This document shows positions 52,677 through 56,682 of a stretch of DNA of 56,682 bases, piece after piece. Position numbers and translations under genes: made by a program. The notes under the pieces are model-generated. The model did not search any database. It saw only the letters and a program-made list of their open reading frames with translations, and was not told where the DNA came from. Numbering within the stretch: the first letter of the stretch is position 1; every line of letters starts with the position of its first letter. Source of the stretch: a virus (Duplodnaviria > Caudoviricetes); the IMG/VR virus record IMGVR_UViG_3300028780_000007, positions 1 to 56,682 of that record; one strand, given 5' to 3'.

Positions 52677-53627
52677 ATGCCGGTAACTGTCTTAACTTCG
52701 CCGAATACTCAGGCGCCGAGCACGCAGCTTAATGCTGCGCAGATGTGGGGCGAGGTGCTTCAGTGGAATCCGGACGCGCCGATAATGATGGCGAAGCGCT
52801 GGATCCAGAACAGCTATCGCAAAATCATCGATTTCCGTTTGTGGTCTGGGCTGGTTTACAAGGGCCAGGTAATTGTGCCGGCGTCTTACACGACCGGGAC
52901 GGTGACGGTAGTTACTGGTTCGAATTCGGTGCAGGGAGTTGGAACGGCCTTCACTTCGTCGATGGTGGGCGAGCAGTTCCGCGTGGGATTTACGAACCCG
53001 ATTTACACGATCAATCAAGTCAATGTGGGCTCTCAGGTTCTCACATTGGATTTGCCGTACGGGGGAACGTCGATCGCTCAAACCGGCTATCAGATTTTCC
53101 AGAACTTGGTGAACTTCGGACCGAATCTGAAATATCTTTTTCAGTGCGTGAATCAGAAACAGGGCTACGCAATGCAGTTGAATGTGCCGCAGAACGTTTT
53201 GAATATCCGAGATACATGGAGGACGGCGACCGGTTGGACATATCTAGTTTCTGATCGCGAGATGTCGCCAGCCGGCATTCCGCAAAAAGAACTCTATCCG
53301 ATTCCAACGTTCGCGCAGTCGTTTCCGTTTTTGGCGTACGCGCAGCCGCCAGATTTGAATGGCCCGGAAGATTTTCCGTATCCGTTTATCCGCTCGGATG
53401 TGATTGTGCTTGGCGCCATTGCTGACGCGCTCGTGTTCCGCGGGAAAAACTCGAAGTATTACGACCCGCAGACTTCGATGATGAAACGGAACGAGCAAGC
53501 GCTCGAGATGCAGATGATGGGCGTAAGAGACAACGAACAGATCCAGAAAGATTTGATTTGGGAATTCGATCGCTGGCCGCTTTACCAGATGGGCGCAGAT
53601 TTTTTTCAAACTCACGACGCGGAGTGA
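52677..53627 (+). CDS. putative head-tail adaptor
   Basis: Position; YTTGTVTV...VQGVGTAFT insert; ELYPIP motif. Confidence 0.6.
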   Translation: MPVTVLTSPNTQAPSTQLNAAQMWGEVLQWNPDAPIMMAKRWIQNSYRKIIDFRLWSGLVYKGQVIVPASYTTGTVTVVTGSNSVQGVGTAFTSSMVGEQFRVGFTNPIYTINQVNVGSQVLTLDLPYGGTSIAQTGYQIFQNLVNFGPNLKYLFQCVNQKQGYAMQLNVPQNVLNIRDTWRTATGWTYLVSDREMSPAGIPQKELYPIPTFAQSFPFLAYAQPPDLNGPEDFPYPFIRSDVIVLGAIADALVFRGKNSKYYDPQTSMMKRNEQALEMQMMGVRDNEQIQKDLIWEFDRWPLYQMGADFFQTHDAE

Positions 53628-53631
53628 TTTT

Positions 53632-53787
53632 ATGGCACACGGTAAGAAAGAAACGCCGGCCGACGAAATGCGCGAGCAGCGCCAAGGAAAGCACGGGAGG
53701 GGAATCCTTCTTCTCGTCATCCATCACGGCGGCGGGCGCAAGGACGCTGGCAAGCGCATGAAGGCGCCGCGCGGCGGGAGGCGGTAA
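53632..53787 (+). CDS. small basic protein
   Basis: 51 aa MAHGKKETPADE...GGRR; TAATG-coupled to next gene. Confidence 0.5.
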   Translation: MAHGKKETPADEMREQRQGKHGRGILLLVIHHGGGRKDAGKRMKAPRGGRR

Positions 53788-53975
53788 TGCCGGGCGGCGG
53801 CACAGGGCTCGTAAGCGGGAACATCAATATGTCCGCTGATGTGGCGCCGTCGCACGGCGGCAATTTCAATTTCCCGTCCATGAAGAAGGGCGGACGAATC
53901 AAGAAGACCGGGGTGTATCGCTTGCATCGCGGCGAACGGGTCGTGCCGGCGCGTAAAGCTGGTCGGAGGAAGTAA
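53787..53975 (+). CDS. small basic GG-KKTG-HxGE motif protein 1
   Basis: MKKGGRIKKTGVYRLHRGERV. Confidence 0.7.
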   Translation: MPGGGTGLVSGNINMSADVAPSHGGNFNFPSMKKGGRIKKTGVYRLHRGERVVPARKAGRRK

Positions 53976-54145
53976 TGGGCGCAACGAATCCAAATCAGGC
54001 TCAATTGGAAGAGATGGCCATCGGCAATGCGATGGGCTCTTTCAAGCGTGGTGGCAAGGTGAAGAAGACCGGCCGGTATCTCGTCCATAAGGGTGAACGG
54101 GTGGAGAAGGGTCGTAAGAAGGAACGGTCTGATAGGAGGAAATAA
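53975..54145 (+). CDS. small basic GG-KKTG-HxGE motif protein 2
   Basis: 56 aa; FKRGGKVKKTGRYLVHKGERV. Confidence 0.7.
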   Translation: MGATNPNQAQLEEMAIGNAMGSFKRGGKVKKTGRYLVHKGERVEKGRKKERSDRRK

Positions 54146-54147
54146 TC

Positions 54148-54258
54148 ATGCGCATCATGGCTGCTGGTGGTGGTCTTGGTGGTCCCGGTAGTTCTAAGGG
54201 TGGTCCGGTAAAAAAGACGCGTCCCGCAAAGAAAGACCGTGGCGGTCGGAGGAAATAA
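54148..54258 (+). CDS. small basic peptide with partial motif
   Basis: 36 aa; SKGGPVKKT; AGGAGG RBS. Confidence 0.5.
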   Translation: MRIMAAGGGLGGPGSSKGGPVKKTRPAKKDRGGRRK

Positions 54259-54611
54259 TGGAAATCCCAACTGCGGCAACAACGGATGATGCAGCGCTTT
54301 CATCGGGGATGAAAGACAAGGCGCGCTCGGCGGGGATTAAGGCCGGGCTGGCGTCGGCTGGAAAGACTCTTTCTTCCGAGATGAACAAACGGCCTTCCAG
54401 TGCTCCTCGATCGGGCGGTTCTTCCGGTGGTGGGGGCGGCCCGGTTTCTGGCCCGGTGGGACGTCCGATGCCGGCAATGCCAGCGATTGGATCGTTCAAG
54501 AAGGGCGGTCGCGTCAAGAAGACTGGTAATTATCGCGTCCACAAGGGTGAAAGAGTCGAGAAGGGGCGCAAGGGCGAACGTAAGAGCGAGCGCAAGGGTG
54601 GACGGCGGTGA
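54258..54611 (+). CDS. small basic GG-KKTG-HxGE motif protein 3
   Basis: FKKGGRVKKTGNYRVHKGERV. Confidence 0.7.
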   Translation: MEIPTAATTDDAALSSGMKDKARSAGIKAGLASAGKTLSSEMNKRPSSAPRSGGSSGGGGGPVSGPVGRPMPAMPAIGSFKKGGRVKKTGNYRVHKGERVEKGRKGERKSERKGGRR

Positions 54612-54847
54612 GGCGTACCGGGTTCCCCGGCCTCTCCTCCGCGAAGCTCAATACGCCAACGCGCGAAGGGATCGGCAAGGGGAAGTTGGCTACTGAGGCT
54701 GCTGGAACGCGCACGGAAGCTAGGAAGCCGATGGGATCGTTTAAGCACGGTGGCCGGGTGAAGAAGACGGGGCCTTACAAATTGCATCGCGGCGAGCGAG
54801 TCGAAAGGAAAGAACATGGAAGGGACGGCGGACGGTCTAGGCGTTGA
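54608..54847 (+). CDS. small basic GG-KKTG-HxGE motif protein 4
   Basis: FKHGGRVKKTGPYKLHRGERV. Confidence 0.7.
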   Translation: MRRTGFPGLSSAKLNTPTREGIGKGKLATEAAGTRTEARKPMGSFKHGGRVKKTGPYKLHRGERVERKEHGRDGGRSRR

Positions 54848-55118
54848 TTGTGCTGGTTGCGGCAAGCGAGTGCGGCATTATTTCGTGATCGTCGGGAAAG
54901 GCGATTTTTGTTCTGCGTGCGCGCCGGTTGCCAGATACCAGGGCAAATCAACTTTTCCGTTTACGACCACGAATATCAACGGGAAGTCGATTGAGGTTCA
55001 ATCGCTAAAACATCTTCGGAGTTTGGAGAAAGAACACGGTGTCCAATCTTTCGCTTACAACATGGACAATCCGGAAGCGCCGAGACACAACCGAGAGGTA
55101 AGGGAGGTACGGAAATGA
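54816..55118 (+). CDS. Zn-ribbon protein
   Basis: CAGC...CSAC; IEVQSLKHLRSLEKEHGV. Confidence 0.6.
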   Translation: MEGTADGLGVDCAGCGKRVRHYFVIVGKGDFCSACAPVARYQGKSTFPFTTTNINGKSIEVQSLKHLRSLEKEHGVQSFAYNMDNPEAPRHNREVREVRK

Positions 55119-55396
55119 AACCCAAGGGCACACATTTGGATTTGTTGGGATCTCCGGAGAGTCTTTTAGACGACAAGTCTCCGATGAACGACATCCCGGC
55201 CGGCGCGCAGATGGGCGAGGACGATTGCCGCCATCACATTCGCCGGAAGAACTTTTTGAACGAGGGAGAGGAGGTTACAAACTCTCTCGGGCTGCGCGCG
55301 TCGGTGTCTACCGATTGCGGGCAGACGAAGACGGAGCCGGATGAGAACGGGGCGTACGGCGGTTTTATGACGCATTCGCACACGAAGGGTGAGTAA
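55115..55396 (+). CDS. hypothetical protein
   Basis: GGAGG RBS, coupled. Confidence 0.6.
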   Translation: MKPKGTHLDLLGSPESLLDDKSPMNDIPAGAQMGEDDCRHHIRRKNFLNEGEEVTNSLGLRASVSTDCGQTKTEPDENGAYGGFMTHSHTKGE

Positions 55397-55407
55397 GGGA
55401 GGAAGAT

Positions 55408-55950
55408 ATGGCGCAGCGCGCGACTCGCTATTATGCAATTGCGGCCGGTGGATCGCCGCAGCCAGTTTTTGGGACGAAACTGACGGCCGCGGCTGCGGCT
55501 TCTAAAAACCCTGTCACTCTCGTGGTGGCTGACAGTTCGCCGTTTTTTGTGAACGAGTTCGCGGTTCTTGAACCCTTGGCTTCTTTCCCAGAACGTCAAA
55601 GGGTAACTGCAATTCCAGATTCCACGCACGTCACGGTCGCGGGACTTCAGTTTGCTCACGCGAGCGGTGTTTACGTTGCGCTCGGCGCGCAGTTGAGCAG
55701 TCTCTACATTCAAGCCAAAGACGGAAATGTTGGGGCGCTTTATATTGGAAACAATCCAAATTTGAAGAAGGATACTGGATCACCGGCCGGGCAGTCTTTG
55801 ATTGTGAAACTTCAAGTTGTTGGAGCCGGTGGCCAGCCGTTCGATTTCAATTCCACGACGTCGGGAATCACGGATGCTGGGTCGGCGTCCGAGTGGTGGA
55901 TCGACGGAACGACCGGCGATCTTTATCTTCCTTCTTTCACGCAGGTATAA
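55408..55950 (+). CDS. putative virion structural protein
   Basis: 180 aa beta-rich; IQAKDGNVGALYIG. Confidence 0.65.
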   Translation: MAQRATRYYAIAAGGSPQPVFGTKLTAAAAASKNPVTLVVADSSPFFVNEFAVLEPLASFPERQRVTAIPDSTHVTVAGLQFAHASGVYVALGAQLSSLYIQAKDGNVGALYIGNNPNLKKDTGSPAGQSLIVKLQVVGAGGQPFDFNSTTSGITDAGSASEWWIDGTTGDLYLPSFTQV

Positions 55951-55952
55951 CG

Positions 55953-56682
55953 ATGAAAAAGATCATCGGATTTTTGATTCTGGTCCTCGCTTCTTGCTCG
56001 TCCATATATGGACAAACAAGCGGCGGGGGAGGGGGCGGCCAAGTTGGCGGCGGCAATGTCACGGTGCAAGGAACCGTGACACCGAACGATTGCGCGAAGT
56101 TCGTTTCGCCAAACGTCATTACGGACACTGGGGCGACCTGTAGCGGAGGCGGCGGGGGCAGCGTCACCGTCGTTACTGGCACCACGAACCAAATAGACGT
56201 AGCGACTGGAACGACGACGCCGGTTGTGTCGCTTGACCCGAACATCATCGGCAATTTTACAAACTACACTTCTTCGGGAATGTCTTTCCCTGCCGTCACG
56301 GTGACACCGACAGGAGGCACGCAAGGTTCGGTCAGTTGTACGAGCAATTGCTATATCTATTACGTGGTCGCAACGGATTCTCAAGGGTTGACTCGCACTG
56401 TGTCAGGCTCAACCAGCGCGGGACCGACGACTCTCAGCGGTGCCGCTTACAACACCGTCACCGTGGCGGCGTTCACTGGGGCGGACTCGCCCGTAGGGAC
56501 TTGCACGGTTTACAGGTCACTAGGCCAAAATCCCCCAACGATTCAGGGCAGCATCGGTACAATCGCATCCTGCGCTGCTGGTGGAACCCTTGTAGACACT
56601 GGTTTGACAGCCACCGCTGGCAGTCCTCCGAGTGATTCAAGCGGCGTACTGACTGCGATAGGAGCAATCAACCCTTCGTCGA
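55953..56682 (+). CDS. Gly/Thr-rich fibre-like protein with signal peptide (runs off the window)
   Basis: Open from MKKIIGFLILVLASCSSIYGQ; GTTNQIDVATGTTTPVVSL fibre-type repeat. Confidence 0.7.
   Translation, partial: MKKIIGFLILVLASCSSIYGQTSGGGGGGQVGGGNVTVQGTVTPNDCAKFVSPNVITDTGATCSGGGGGSVTVVTGTTNQIDVATGTTTPVVSLDPNIIGNFTNYTSSGMSFPAVTVTPTGGTQGSVSCTSNCYIYYVVATDSQGLTRTVSGSTSAGPTTLSGAAYNTVTVAAFTGADSPVGTCTVYRSLGQNPPTIQGSIGTIASCAAGGTLVDTGLTATAGSPPSDSSGVLTAIGAINPSS

Larger units (their letters stand above)
141..56013. repeat. dispersed 14-bp pseudo-palindrome GTCCA(T/G)AT(A/C)TGGAC, 15 copies
   Basis: Starts at 141, 4498, 8493, 16693, 19455, 22486, 25843, 26091, 31240, 34544, 39243, 42944 (1 mismatch), 48628, 52644, 56000. 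Confidence 0.9.

Overview
A 56.7-kb segment of a tailed dsDNA bacteriophage genome; the host cannot be determined from the sequence. Plus-strand replication/recombination block (149-18221): PD-(D/E)XK nuclease, Lar-like protein, HNHs, replication initiator with iterons, primase-helicase, exonuclease, RecA and a MazG-like protein. Minus-strand block of small early-type genes (18340-25929), then a divergent control region and accessory genes. Array of 34 tRNAs covering all 20 amino acids (31607-39231), interspersed with small ORFs and structured ncRNA candidates. Late block: terminase, portal, scaffold, major capsid, head completion and small basic proteins. Main highlights: (1) a stand-alone RAMP/Cas7-like gene (1155-1772) flanked by strictly 5-nt-phased GGY-NN tracts, a candidate RNA-guided system whose variable dinucleotides read like codon positions 1-2 of integrase and excisionase genes; (2) a tmRNA-like tag module (DNKMELPLAA) with no visible tRNA-like domain; (3) 15 quasi-regularly spaced copies of the pseudo-palindrome GTCCA(T/G)AT(A/C)TGGAC; (4) a 13-bp motif in sigma70 promoter spacers; (5) an atypical long-arm tRNA(UAU); (6) a tandem family of tiny basic proteins. 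All calls are by eye; no searches were run.
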